From an uncultured Akkermansia sp. (GTDB lineage: Bacteria; Verrucomicrobiota; Kiritimatiellia; RFP12; UBA1067), in assembly GCA_964567125.1 (NCBI GenBank), contig CAZMLC010000003.1, forward strand, positions 1 to 58,133: a DNA stretch of 58,133 bases. Direction: 5' to 3'. Under the pieces are notes generated by a model. The model had not been told where the DNA came from and made no database searches. It saw only the letters and a list, made by a program, of their open reading frames with translations. Positions 8,073-15,829 of the stretch are shown here, piece after piece (position 1 is the first letter of the stretch; each line of letters starts with the position of its first letter). A program made the position numbers and the translations under genes.

Positions 8073-9656
8073 TTATTTCGCAGATGCCGCCTCGTAAAGC
8101 TTATGCTCCACGCTGTCGAGCAGGGCCTGCCACGACGCTTCGATGATATTTTCCGAAACGCCGACGGTCCCCCACTGTTTCTTGCCATCGCTCGATTCGA
8201 TCAGCACGCGCGTCATGGCGCGCGTTGCCTGCTTGGGATCGAGGATGCGGACGCGATAGTCGGTCAGCACGATCTGCGCGATTTCGGGATAGAACCGCGT
8301 CAAGGCTGTGCGCAACGCGGCATTGAGGGCATCGACCGGGCCTTGGCCTTCGCCTGCGGTCAGTTCCGTTTCGTTGCCGACCTTGACCTTGATCGTGGCC
8401 TCGGAGACGCACGGCTGCTCGCGTCCGCGTTTTTCAACGATGACGCGGAAGCCTTCGAGTTCGAAGAAGGGTTTGTGCTTGTTCAGCACCTTTTGCAGCA
8501 GAATCTTAAAGGAACCATCCGCCGCTTCGTACGAATAGCCCTTGTTTTCGCGCAACTTCAATTCATTCAGGATGGCGCGCGAGCCCTCCTTCGACAACTG
8601 GTCGACATCCACGCCCAGCTCTTTGGCCTTCATCACGATATTGGAGGCGCCGGACAATTCGGAAATCAGGACGTGGCGTTGGTTGCCCACCTGTTCAGGG
8701 GCGATGTGTTCAAACGTCCGCGCATTCTTCTGCACAGCGTTGACGTGCATACCCGCCTTGTGGCTGAAGGCCGTGCTGCCGACATACGGCTGACGCGGAT
8801 CCACGCGCTGATTGGCGAGATCGTCGGTGATCACCGAGATTTCGCGCAGATCGCGCAACTTTTCCGCACCCACGCAGAAGCGTCCCATCTTCAGCTCCAG
8901 CGAGGGAATGATCGTGGTCAGGTTGGCGTTACCGGTCCGTTCGCCGTAGCCGTTGATCGTGCCCTGTACGTGGCAGGCACCGGCGCGGACCGCTTCGAGC
9001 GAATTCGCGACGGAGAGCCCGCCGTCATTGTGGGCATGGATCCCGATCTGCACCTTGGGAAAAGCCTTGCAGACGTTGCGCACAACGTCATAGATCTCAT
9101 GCGGCAGCGTACCGCCGTTGGTATCGCAGAGGATAAGACCGGCAGCCCCTTCTGCAACTGCGGCCTTGAGCACCTTGAGCGCGTATTCCGGATTGTCCTT
9201 ATATCCGTCAAAAAAATGTTCCGCATCAAAGAAGACCTGACGTCCGGCATTTTTGAGAAACCCGACCGTATCGGCGATCATCTGCAGATTGTTTTCGCCC
9301 GTGGTCTTCAAGACATCCGTGACGTGCAGCAGCCAGGATTTACCATAGATCGTGACCCACTCCGTATTGGCGGCCAGCAGGCCCTGCAGCTGCGGATCCT
9401 GGGCGGCAGCGATATCCGCGCGACGCGTGCTGCCGAAGGCGGTGATCTTGGCGTGACTCAACGTCTCCTTGCGGATCTCCCTGAAGAATTTCTGATCGCG
9501 GGGATTCGACCCGGCAAAACCGCCCTCAATAAAGTCAATGCCGAAGCCATCCATCATTTTGGCAAAGCGCACCTTGCCGGCATCGGAAAATGATACGCCT
9601 TCGCCCTGTGCACCATCGCGGAGGGTTGTATCATAAATGAAGACTTTATTTTTCAT
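8073..9656 (-). CDS. cimA: Citramalate synthase / 2-isopropylmalate synthase family (CimA-type, about 527 aa)
   Basis: True start MKNKVFIYDTTLRDGAQGEGVSFS (ATG 9656). HAHNDGGLSVANSLEAV motif and a C-terminal LeuA-dimerisation-like region. The ORF-track start 9929 runs 91 codons into lysC. Confidence 0.85.
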   Translation of the reverse strand: MKNKVFIYDTTLRDGAQGEGVSFSDAGKVRFAKMMDGFGIDFIEGGFAGSNPRDQKFFREIRKETLSHAKITAFGSTRRADIAAAQDPQLQGLLAANTEWVTIYGKSWLLHVTDVLKTTGENNLQMIADTVGFLKNAGRQVFFDAEHFFDGYKDNPEYALKVLKAAVAEGAAGLILCDTNGGTLPHEIYDVVRNVCKAFPKVQIGIHAHNDGGLSVANSLEAVRAGACHVQGTINGYGERTGNANLTTIIPSLELKMGRFCVGAEKLRDLREISVITDDLANQRVDPRQPYVGSTAFSHKAGMHVNAVQKNARTFEHIAPEQVGNQRHVLISELSGASNIVMKAKELGVDVDQLSKEGSRAILNELKLRENKGYSYEAADGSFKILLQKVLNKHKPFFELEGFRVIVEKRGREQPCVSEATIKVKVGNETELTAGEGQGPVDALNAALRTALTRFYPEIAQIVLTDYRVRILDPKQATRAMTRVLIESSDGKKQWGTVGVSENIIEASWQALLDSVEHKLYEAASAK

Positions 9657-9661
9657 GACGT

Positions 9662-11014
9662 TTAAAAGAACGCCTGGTAGAGCGCCTGGACAGCCTTGGC
9701 ACGGTCTTTGGACTTCACGCCGAACATCATGCTGATCTCGGATGAACCTTGATTCATCATTTCGATGTTGACGCCCGCTTCGGAGAGGGCTTTGGTGGCT
9801 TTCGCCGCCATGCCCACCGTATAATAGAGTCCTTCGCCGACCACCATGACGAGCGCATAGCCGCGTTCGATCTGGACATTGTCCGGATTCAAATCGCGCT
9901 GGATGCGGTCGCGCACGCGCTGCTCGCATTCAACGCTGAAATTCTTATCGCGAATGACGACCGAGACGTTGTCGATACCGGAGGGCATGTGCTCATATGA
10001 GACGCCTTCCCACTCCAGAATCTGCAACAGATGACGGCCAAAGCCGATTTCGCGGTTCATCAGGTACTTATCGACGAAAATATTGCAGAAACCATCATCG
10101 CTGGCAATGCCGACCGCAGCGACCTTGCCCGGGGCGCGGGTCTGCACGATCATGGTTCCCGGTTCCGAGGGGCGGTTGGTGTTGCGCACGTTGATCGGAA
10201 TGCCCGCCTTGACTGCGGGAATCACAGCTTCATCGTGGAAGACGCCAAAGCCGGCATAGGAAAGTTCGCGCATTTCGCGATAGGTCATCTCCCGGATACC
10301 CTCCTTGACATCCGGCACCAAGCGCGGATCGACCGGATAGACCGAATCGACATCCGTGAAATTCTCATAGACATCCGCCTTGACCGCCGCCGCCAGGATC
10401 GAGCCTGTGATATCCGATCCACCGCGCGGGAACGTCGCGACTTTACCCTCTTTCGTGTAGCCGAAGAAGCCCGGGAAGATCACCAGTTCGTCGCGCCCGT
10501 TCAGCGTCTTTTCCAACAGCGGATAGGATTCCTCCAGCAACTGCGCATTGCCGTAGTCATTCGTCATGAAGAGTCCGGCGTCGCGCGGATTCACGTAGAC
10601 CGCCTTGGTGCCGCGTGCCGTGAACGCGGCAGCCACGATGCGCGCCGAATTATCTTCACCGGCGGCCTTCATGCAGTCCATGAAGCTACCGCGGTGCGAC
10701 TTATCGCCAGCAAGGCGCGCTTTCAAATCACTTTCAATCTCAGCGATAATGCTGACGGGCAGATTCAAATCGCGTTGGATCTCCGCGTAGCGCTCAACGA
10801 TGGCGGCCAGCGATTGCTTCGTACACTTATCCGCGAGCGCCTCTTCCGCGCACTGGATAAGCATGTCCGTGACCTTCGTGTCCGTCTTGCTGCGCTTTCC
10901 AGGAGCCGAGACCACCACGATCCGGCGATCGGCATCGGCTAAAATGATGTCGATGATTTTTGTAACCTGTTTTGCATCCGCAACAGAAGACCCGCCAAAC
11001 TTACAAACTTTCAT
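9662..11014 (-). CDS. lysC: Aspartate kinase
   Basis: MKVCKFGGSSVADAKQ...VVVSAPGK...; C-terminal ACT-like region (ALVMVVGEGL, GVNIEMMNQGSSEISMMFGV). Confidence 0.9.
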   Translation of the reverse strand: MKVCKFGGSSVADAKQVTKIIDIILADADRRIVVVSAPGKRSKTDTKVTDMLIQCAEEALADKCTKQSLAAIVERYAEIQRDLNLPVSIIAEIESDLKARLAGDKSHRGSFMDCMKAAGEDNSARIVAAAFTARGTKAVYVNPRDAGLFMTNDYGNAQLLEESYPLLEKTLNGRDELVIFPGFFGYTKEGKVATFPRGGSDITGSILAAAVKADVYENFTDVDSVYPVDPRLVPDVKEGIREMTYREMRELSYAGFGVFHDEAVIPAVKAGIPINVRNTNRPSEPGTMIVQTRAPGKVAAVGIASDDGFCNIFVDKYLMNREIGFGRHLLQILEWEGVSYEHMPSGIDNVSVVIRDKNFSVECEQRVRDRIQRDLNPDNVQIERGYALVMVVGEGLYYTVGMAAKATKALSEAGVNIEMMNQGSSEISMMFGVKSKDRAKAVQALYQAFF

Positions 11015-11050
11015 TCTCACTCCAAACGCGCTCTTACCTTCATCCCGCAT

Positions 11051-12355
11051 TTAAATCATGCGCAAGCGAACCGGTGTTTCACTCACGATGCCTGCAGCCT
11101 CGACTTCCTTCAGCGCAGCATCGATCTGAGCACCCTTCGCATCGTGCGTCAGCACCACGACCGGCACATGCCCCTGCTCCTGCTGGCCATCGGGCTGGGC
11201 CTGCTGTGTCGCCGCCAGAATACTGACGCCATGGCGGCCCAGGATCGTGGTCATCACGCCTAAAGAACCGGCCTTATCCAACACCATCAGGCGAATATAG
11301 TATTTGCTGCTGATCTGCGCCGCCGAACGGATGGTCAACTTGCCCTCGTTCGCCACGCAGACCCCGCGACGATAACGCGCCTGACCAGCAGCCAAGTTGC
11401 GCGCAATATCGCCGATATCACCGATCACGGTACTGGCGGTCGGTTCGCGGCCAGCGCCGCGACCGTAATAGAGCGTGTCGCCGCTCAGATCACCGCGCAC
11501 CATCACGGCATTGAAGACGTTGTTCACCGAAGCCAGCATGTGTGAATACGGAACCAGCGTGGGATGCACGCGCACTTCGACCTGATCCCCATCGCGCTTC
11601 ACAATTGCAAGCAGCTTGATGCGATATCCAAAAGCTGCCGCAAACGTGACATCCATGCCGGAAAGGTTGCGGATCCCCTCGACCAGCACCTGATCCATCG
11701 GCACGTGGAACCCATAGGCGAGCGAAGCGAGAATGCTCGCTTTATGCGCCGTATCGAAGCCGTCGATATCCAAGCTGGGATTGGCTTCGGCATAGCCTGC
11801 TTTCTGCGCAGCATCCAAGACCACATCAAACGGCAGACCCTCATTCTCCATGCGCGTCAGGATGTAATTGCAGGTCCCGTTCAGAATGCCGTGCATACTC
11901 AGGATTTCATTGCCCGCAAGGCCTTCGCGCAGAACGCGGATAATGGGAATGCCGCCGCCCACGCTTGCGCCGAAATAGATGTCGGCGCCGTGTGCCTCGG
12001 CAACGCTGAAGATTTCATCGCCATACTCGGCCAGCAACTTCTTGTTGGCGGTGACCACGGATTTGCCCGCCTTGAGCGCGGCCAAGACAAAGGTTTTGGC
12101 GATGCCCGTGCCGCCGATAAGCTCAACGATGATCTGAATGGCCGGATCATGAATCACCTGCAGCGCATCCGTCGTCAACAGGTGCGCGTCCAGCTGGATG
12201 CCGCGATCCGAGGTGATATCAAGGTCCGCGACCTTGCGTAGCACGATCTCCACCCCTAACCGCTCCTGCATGGTCTGGCGATTCTTGATTAAACCCTTCG
12301 CAACGCCGGCACCGACCGTGCCGAACCCCAAAATTCCAACGCCAATCTGCTTCAT
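11051..12355 (-). CDS. hom: Homoserine dehydrogenase
   Basis: MKQIGVGILGFGTVGAGV NAD-binding N-terminus, GILNGTCNYILT motif, C-terminal ACT domain. Confidence 0.92.
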   Translation of the reverse strand: MKQIGVGILGFGTVGAGVAKGLIKNRQTMQERLGVEIVLRKVADLDITSDRGIQLDAHLLTTDALQVIHDPAIQIIVELIGGTGIAKTFVLAALKAGKSVVTANKKLLAEYGDEIFSVAEAHGADIYFGASVGGGIPIIRVLREGLAGNEILSMHGILNGTCNYILTRMENEGLPFDVVLDAAQKAGYAEANPSLDIDGFDTAHKASILASLAYGFHVPMDQVLVEGIRNLSGMDVTFAAAFGYRIKLLAIVKRDGDQVEVRVHPTLVPYSHMLASVNNVFNAVMVRGDLSGDTLYYGRGAGREPTASTVIGDIGDIARNLAAGQARYRRGVCVANEGKLTIRSAAQISSKYYIRLMVLDKAGSLGVMTTILGRHGVSILAATQQAQPDGQQEQGHVPVVVLTHDAKGAQIDAALKEVEAAGIVSETPVRLRMI

Positions 12356-12380
12356 AATCCCATCCGCAGGGGCAACGCCC

Positions 12381-13433
12381 CTAGTTCTTATACAGCACTT
12401 TACGATGACCGGTGGTGATCTCGCCGATGACCACGGGGCTCTGCCGCAACGCGGTCAGGACACCCAGAGCGGCCTTTGCATCCCTCTTGCGAAGGATTAT
12501 CACATAGCCGATGCCCATGTTGAAGACGCGATACATTTCATCGTGATCCACCTTGCCCTGACGTTCGATAAAGGTAAAGACCGTCAACGGGGTCCAGCTC
12601 GCGCGATCGATCACGGCATTGCACGTGCCGGGCAGCACGCGCGGAATGTTATCCACGAAACCGCCGCCCGTGATGTGCGCCATACCGCGAATCGGGATCT
12701 TTTTAGCCAGCAATGCGCAGATCGGCTTTAAAAAGCTCTTGTGAACCGCCAGCAGGGAATCCGAAACCGTCAGCCGCGTCCCGGGAATCAGATCCTGGGG
12801 CATCAGCCCGCATTGATCCAAAATCACCTTGCGGGCCAACGAAAAACCATTGGTCTGGAGTCCACCGGAGGGCAGGCCGATGATCACATCGCCCGGCTTA
12901 ATATCCTTGCCGGTAATCAGCTTTTTCTTTTCAACCGTACCAATAATCGTGCCGACCAGGTCGTATTCGCCCTGAGGATAGAGCCCGGGCATCTCCGCGG
13001 TCTCACCACCCAGCAATGCGCATCCATTTTCCTTGCAAGCCCTTACAACGCCACCAATCACGTCCTTGAAGACCGCGGTATCAAAGCGGGCCGCGCCGAT
13101 ATAGTCGAGGAAAAAGAGCGGTTTCGCGCCCTGAACCAGAATGTCGTTCACGCAGTGGTTGACGATGTCCTGGCCGACCGTATCATGGCGTTTCGCCAAG
13201 GCCGCGACCTTCAGTTTGGTCCCCACGCCGTCCGTGCTCGCCACGAGCAGATTTTCCTTGCCCGGAGAATGAAAAAGTCCACCAAAACTGCCAATACCTC
13301 CGACAACACCCTTCGTCGTCGTCGTTGCGACCATCTTCTTGATAATTTCGATGCCCGACATCTTCGAGTCAATATCGACACCCGCCTGCGCATACGCGGA
13401 TACAGGTTGCACTTTTGTATTGGTTTTGGTCAT
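12381..13433 (-). CDS. purM: Phosphoribosylformylglycinamidine cyclo-ligase (AIR synthetase) PurM
   Basis: YAQAGVDID...GIGSFGGLF...STDGVGTKLKVA...GGETAEMPG motifs. ATG 13433 has an AAGG SD. The ORF-track start 13490 lies inside the predicted promoter. Confidence 0.92.
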   Translation of the reverse strand: MTKTNTKVQPVSAYAQAGVDIDSKMSGIEIIKKMVATTTTKGVVGGIGSFGGLFHSPGKENLLVASTDGVGTKLKVAALAKRHDTVGQDIVNHCVNDILVQGAKPLFFLDYIGAARFDTAVFKDVIGGVVRACKENGCALLGGETAEMPGLYPQGEYDLVGTIIGTVEKKKLITGKDIKPGDVIIGLPSGGLQTNGFSLARKVILDQCGLMPQDLIPGTRLTVSDSLLAVHKSFLKPICALLAKKIPIRGMAHITGGGFVDNIPRVLPGTCNAVIDRASWTPLTVFTFIERQGKVDHDEMYRVFNMGIGYVIILRKRDAKAALGVLTALRQSPVVIGEITTGHRKVLYKN

Positions 13434-13478
13434 CGTTTTTACCTTTGCCTTAATTGGTGTTAAAAATACAACGTGCGA

Positions 13479-13507
13479 AAAATAGCACATGCGGGGGTGA
13501 TTTTCCA
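13479..13507 (-). promoter_or_regulatory. Putative promoter of the purM-hom-lysC-cimA-larC string (TGGAAA-17 nt-TATTTT, extended -10 TGc)
   Basis: The minus strand reads TGGAAAatcacccccgcatgTGcTATTTT. It sits immediately downstream of the 13512-13549 terminator and about 45 nt upstream of the purM ATG. Confidence 0.4.
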
Positions 13508-13511
13508 GCCC

Positions 13512-13549
13512 AAAAAAGCGAAAAGCCCCTTCTTTTTACTAGAAGGGGC
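13512..13549 (-). terminator. Rho-independent (potentially bidirectional) terminator after the coiled-coil/lipoprotein pair
   Basis: Stem GCCCCTTCT (13525-13533) / AGAAGGGGC (13541-13549) with a 7-nt loop. Flanked by T-runs on both strands (minus strand: CTTTTCGCTTTTTTGG). Confidence 0.7.
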
Positions 13550-13554
13550 GATTT

Positions 13555-13743
13555 TTATTCGTAGCGATCGCGCACAGAACTGGGCAAAGGCATTGATCCT
13601 TCCCAAGATGCTGGAGCCGACCACGGCATGTCGGTATCGTGGGGATTATCCACCATACAGCCAGCAAGCGCCACCATGGCCAGAACGACCAGCAGGAGCG
13701 ATGCCGAACACGCGGTGCTACGCTTAGAAGAAGACAACATCAT
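13555..13743 (-). CDS. Small lipoprotein (62 aa), unknown function
   Basis: Signal peptide with lipobox: ...LLLVVLAMVALAGC-MVDN. Overlaps the upstream gene by 20 nt and is followed by a terminator. Confidence 0.5.
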   Translation of the reverse strand: MMLSSSKRSTACSASLLLVVLAMVALAGCMVDNPHDTDMPWSAPASWEGSMPLPSSVRDRYE

Positions 13744-14860
13744 TTTTTTCTACTGCGACTTGCTGCCAATCGCTCAGGATATCGGCAACAACCATATTCT
13801 TGCCCTTGATCAACTGACGCAGTTTGATACGGGTGACAAACTCACCGCCTGCGCTCTTACGCCCTGGACGACGGACATTTAAGTCCAACTGCGGCAAGGG
13901 GTTCTGACGTTCATTGCCCAGCATTTCAAGCATCGTCGTATCGCTGAACTCAACGACGACGAACTTGTACTCATCGTTGCACTCAATGATCTTGCCCTTG
14001 TCGCCCGCCGTCAGCGACGTAACCATGGTTCCGCCTTCGCCGCCGGCCATAGGTCCGAGGTTCGTGCCTTTCAGGCGCTCCTTCAGCTCCTTGACCAATT
14101 CGTTCGACTTGGCCAACTCGTCATTGATCGCGCTCTTCTCTTCCGTCAGCGTGTTGACCTGACCCTTGATATCAGCGATTTCAGCGTCCAGTTCGCGCTT
14201 TTCAGCGGTCAGCTTAGTGATTTTCGCCTCCAGATCAGCCTTAGCCGCTTCCGCAGCCGCAGCCTTCTCCGCCGACTCCTTGGCGCTCTTCTTCGAGACG
14301 CGGCCATCCGTTTTCAGCTTGTTGAGCTCTTCGACGTTCTTACTGACCATCTCGCGCATCTTGGAGAGTTCGGCGCGCGTCTTATTCAGAGTCGCCTGCT
14401 GCGCCTTTGCACGCTCGAAAAGCTGGTCAAGCAGTTCGGTCATCGAGCCAGGCCCCTTGGTCTCGGGCTTGCCGTCCAAGGCGGAAATTTTGTAGGAACC
14501 ATCCGGATTGAGCACATAGAGGCTACGCAGCTGCAACCGCTTCTCCGTGCTATCGAAATTCAATGTCGGCAAATTCTGGGTCTCGAGCTTCGCCTGATAA
14601 CCCTCTAAGACAGATTCCTTTTCAGGATTGGACAGCTCCCGTTCCGTGACCTCAGAAATGTCCTTCTGAATCTCAGGAACCGTAGCGTCCGCGGCATCCG
14701 CGGCTTCCACTGTCTTTGCTACTTTGACGATCTGGTCTTCCAACATTGAATTTCGCTTTGTCAGCAATTCGCGCTTTGCAAAAAGGCCATTTGCAAAATA
14801 AAGCGACACAATCGTTAAAACAAGAATCCCAATAACCAACCCACGCAATACCTTATCCAT
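13724..14860 (-). CDS. Membrane-anchored coiled-coil protein with a C-terminal beta-rich domain of about 110 aa, unknown function
   Basis: N-terminal TM (LVIGILVLTIVSLYFANGLF), then about 230 aa rich in heptad-like E/K/A/L (AEKAAAAEAAKADLEAKITKLTAEKRELDAEIADIKGQ...), then a globular tail. No family recognised. Confidence 0.75.
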   Translation of the reverse strand: MDKVLRGLVIGILVLTIVSLYFANGLFAKRELLTKRNSMLEDQIVKVAKTVEAADAADATVPEIQKDISEVTERELSNPEKESVLEGYQAKLETQNLPTLNFDSTEKRLQLRSLYVLNPDGSYKISALDGKPETKGPGSMTELLDQLFERAKAQQATLNKTRAELSKMREMVSKNVEELNKLKTDGRVSKKSAKESAEKAAAAEAAKADLEAKITKLTAEKRELDAEIADIKGQVNTLTEEKSAINDELAKSNELVKELKERLKGTNLGPMAGGEGGTMVTSLTAGDKGKIIECNDEYKFVVVEFSDTTMLEMLGNERQNPLPQLDLNVRRPGRKSAGGEFVTRIKLRQLIKGKNMVVADILSDWQQVAVEKNDVVFF

Positions 14861-15014
14861 GTCTCTACCTCAAAGATGTTTCTTTGTGCATTTATTGCAA
14901 TTTGTAACGGTAGAGGAAAATGCCCAAAAAAGCAACAACAAAGTGAGTTAAAATCCGATTTTTTCTTTTGAAAACAGATGGGTACATCTTTTGCTATCCG
15001 TCTTGCTTAAACCG

Positions 15015-15023
15015 TGCTATAGT
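15015..15023 (+). promoter_or_regulatory. Extended -10 element TGcTATAGT upstream of the DUF1080 gene
   Basis: cgTGcTATAGT lies 57 nt upstream of ATG 15080. No good -35 at 16-18 nt spacing. Confidence 0.3.
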
Positions 15024-15079
15024 TTTGAAAAATGTTTGAGCGCATCTGCGCGAAGTGTAGAACGAAAGGATGGTCAATC

Positions 15080-15775
15080 ATGTCAGCTTCACTGCGATTT
15101 CTTTTAACAGCCCTCGTGGCGCTCGGGATCTCTTCACCCCTTTTCGGGCAGCCGAAACAGGCGGTTCATCCCAATTCGGAAAAATGGCCTTCGCTGTTCA
15201 ACCAGAAACTCGACAACGCCAACTTCCCGAAAGGCGTCTGGTATCTGGATGAAAATGGCTATTTAACCGCAACCGAGGATCAAACGATCTGGACCCAAGC
15301 GGAATACAAAAGTTTTGTTCTGGATCTCGAATACAAGTGCGGCCCCGCCGCCAACAGCGGCGTGATTATTTACGCCTCTGACCTCCACGACTGGATTCCC
15401 AACTCAATCGAAGTGCAGATTCTCGACAACCAGCATAAGAACTGGGCGAACGTCGCCCCCACGTGGAAAAACGGCGGCCTCTTCGGTCGCCTCGCCCCCG
15501 CCGTGGACAACGTCAAGCCCGCAGGCAACTGGAACCGCATGACCATCACGGCCAAAGGTAAGAAAATCCAGGTGATCGTCAACGGCCAGATCACCGTGGA
15601 CACCGATATCTCCGCCTGGACCGATGCCAAAAAGAATCCCGATGGCACAGACATCCCCTCCTGGCTCAACAAACCCATGGCGCTGCTGCCCACCCAAGGC
15701 CGGATCGGCCTCCAAGGCAAACATGGCGGAGCCCCGATCTACTTCCGCTACGTCAAGATCCAGGAACTGAAATAA
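15080..15775 (+). CDS. Secreted DUF1080 (3-keto-disaccharide hydrolase-like, ConA fold) protein
   Basis: Start MSASLRFLLTALVALGISSPLFGQ (signal peptide). Family hallmarks: W..DENGYL, FVLDLEYK, NSGVIIY and the terminal GRIGLQGKHGGAPIYFRYVKIQEL. Confidence 0.85.
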   Translation: MSASLRFLLTALVALGISSPLFGQPKQAVHPNSEKWPSLFNQKLDNANFPKGVWYLDENGYLTATEDQTIWTQAEYKSFVLDLEYKCGPAANSGVIIYASDLHDWIPNSIEVQILDNQHKNWANVAPTWKNGGLFGRLAPAVDNVKPAGNWNRMTITAKGKKIQVIVNGQITVDTDISAWTDAKKNPDGTDIPSWLNKPMALLPTQGRIGLQGKHGGAPIYFRYVKIQELK

Positions 15776-15785
15776 GAACATTGCC

Positions 15786-15808
15786 GTGGCAGGCCCCCGG
15801 CCTGCCAC
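15786..15808 (+). other. GC-rich hairpin between the DUF1080 and GH56-like genes (no U-tract)
   Basis: GTGGCAGGCC-ccc-GGCCTGCCAC. No T-run follows, so it is not a canonical intrinsic terminator. It could be an mRNA stabiliser or processing element. Confidence 0.35.
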
Positions 15809-15829
15809 AGTGATCGGCGGAGAAAAGAC

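Noticed and set aside
8073-9929. N-terminal extensions in the ORF track: cimA to 9929, lysC to 11050, purM to 13490, the ABC ATPase from 45903, ftsL to 859, fucP to 25320 and the GH-like gene to 51452.
   Set aside because: The extended portions overlap upstream genes or regulatory hairpins, have shadow-ORF composition and precede the conserved family N-termini. Internal ATG or GTG starts with SD sequences fit better.
13760-13860. An RRPGR (RxxxR) motif in the C-terminal domain of the coiled-coil protein, considered as a PilZ c-di-GMP binding site.
   Set aside because: The second half of the PilZ signature ((D/N)xSxxG about 20-30 residues downstream) is absent. The corresponding stretch reads ADILSDWQQV. 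Evidence is insufficient.
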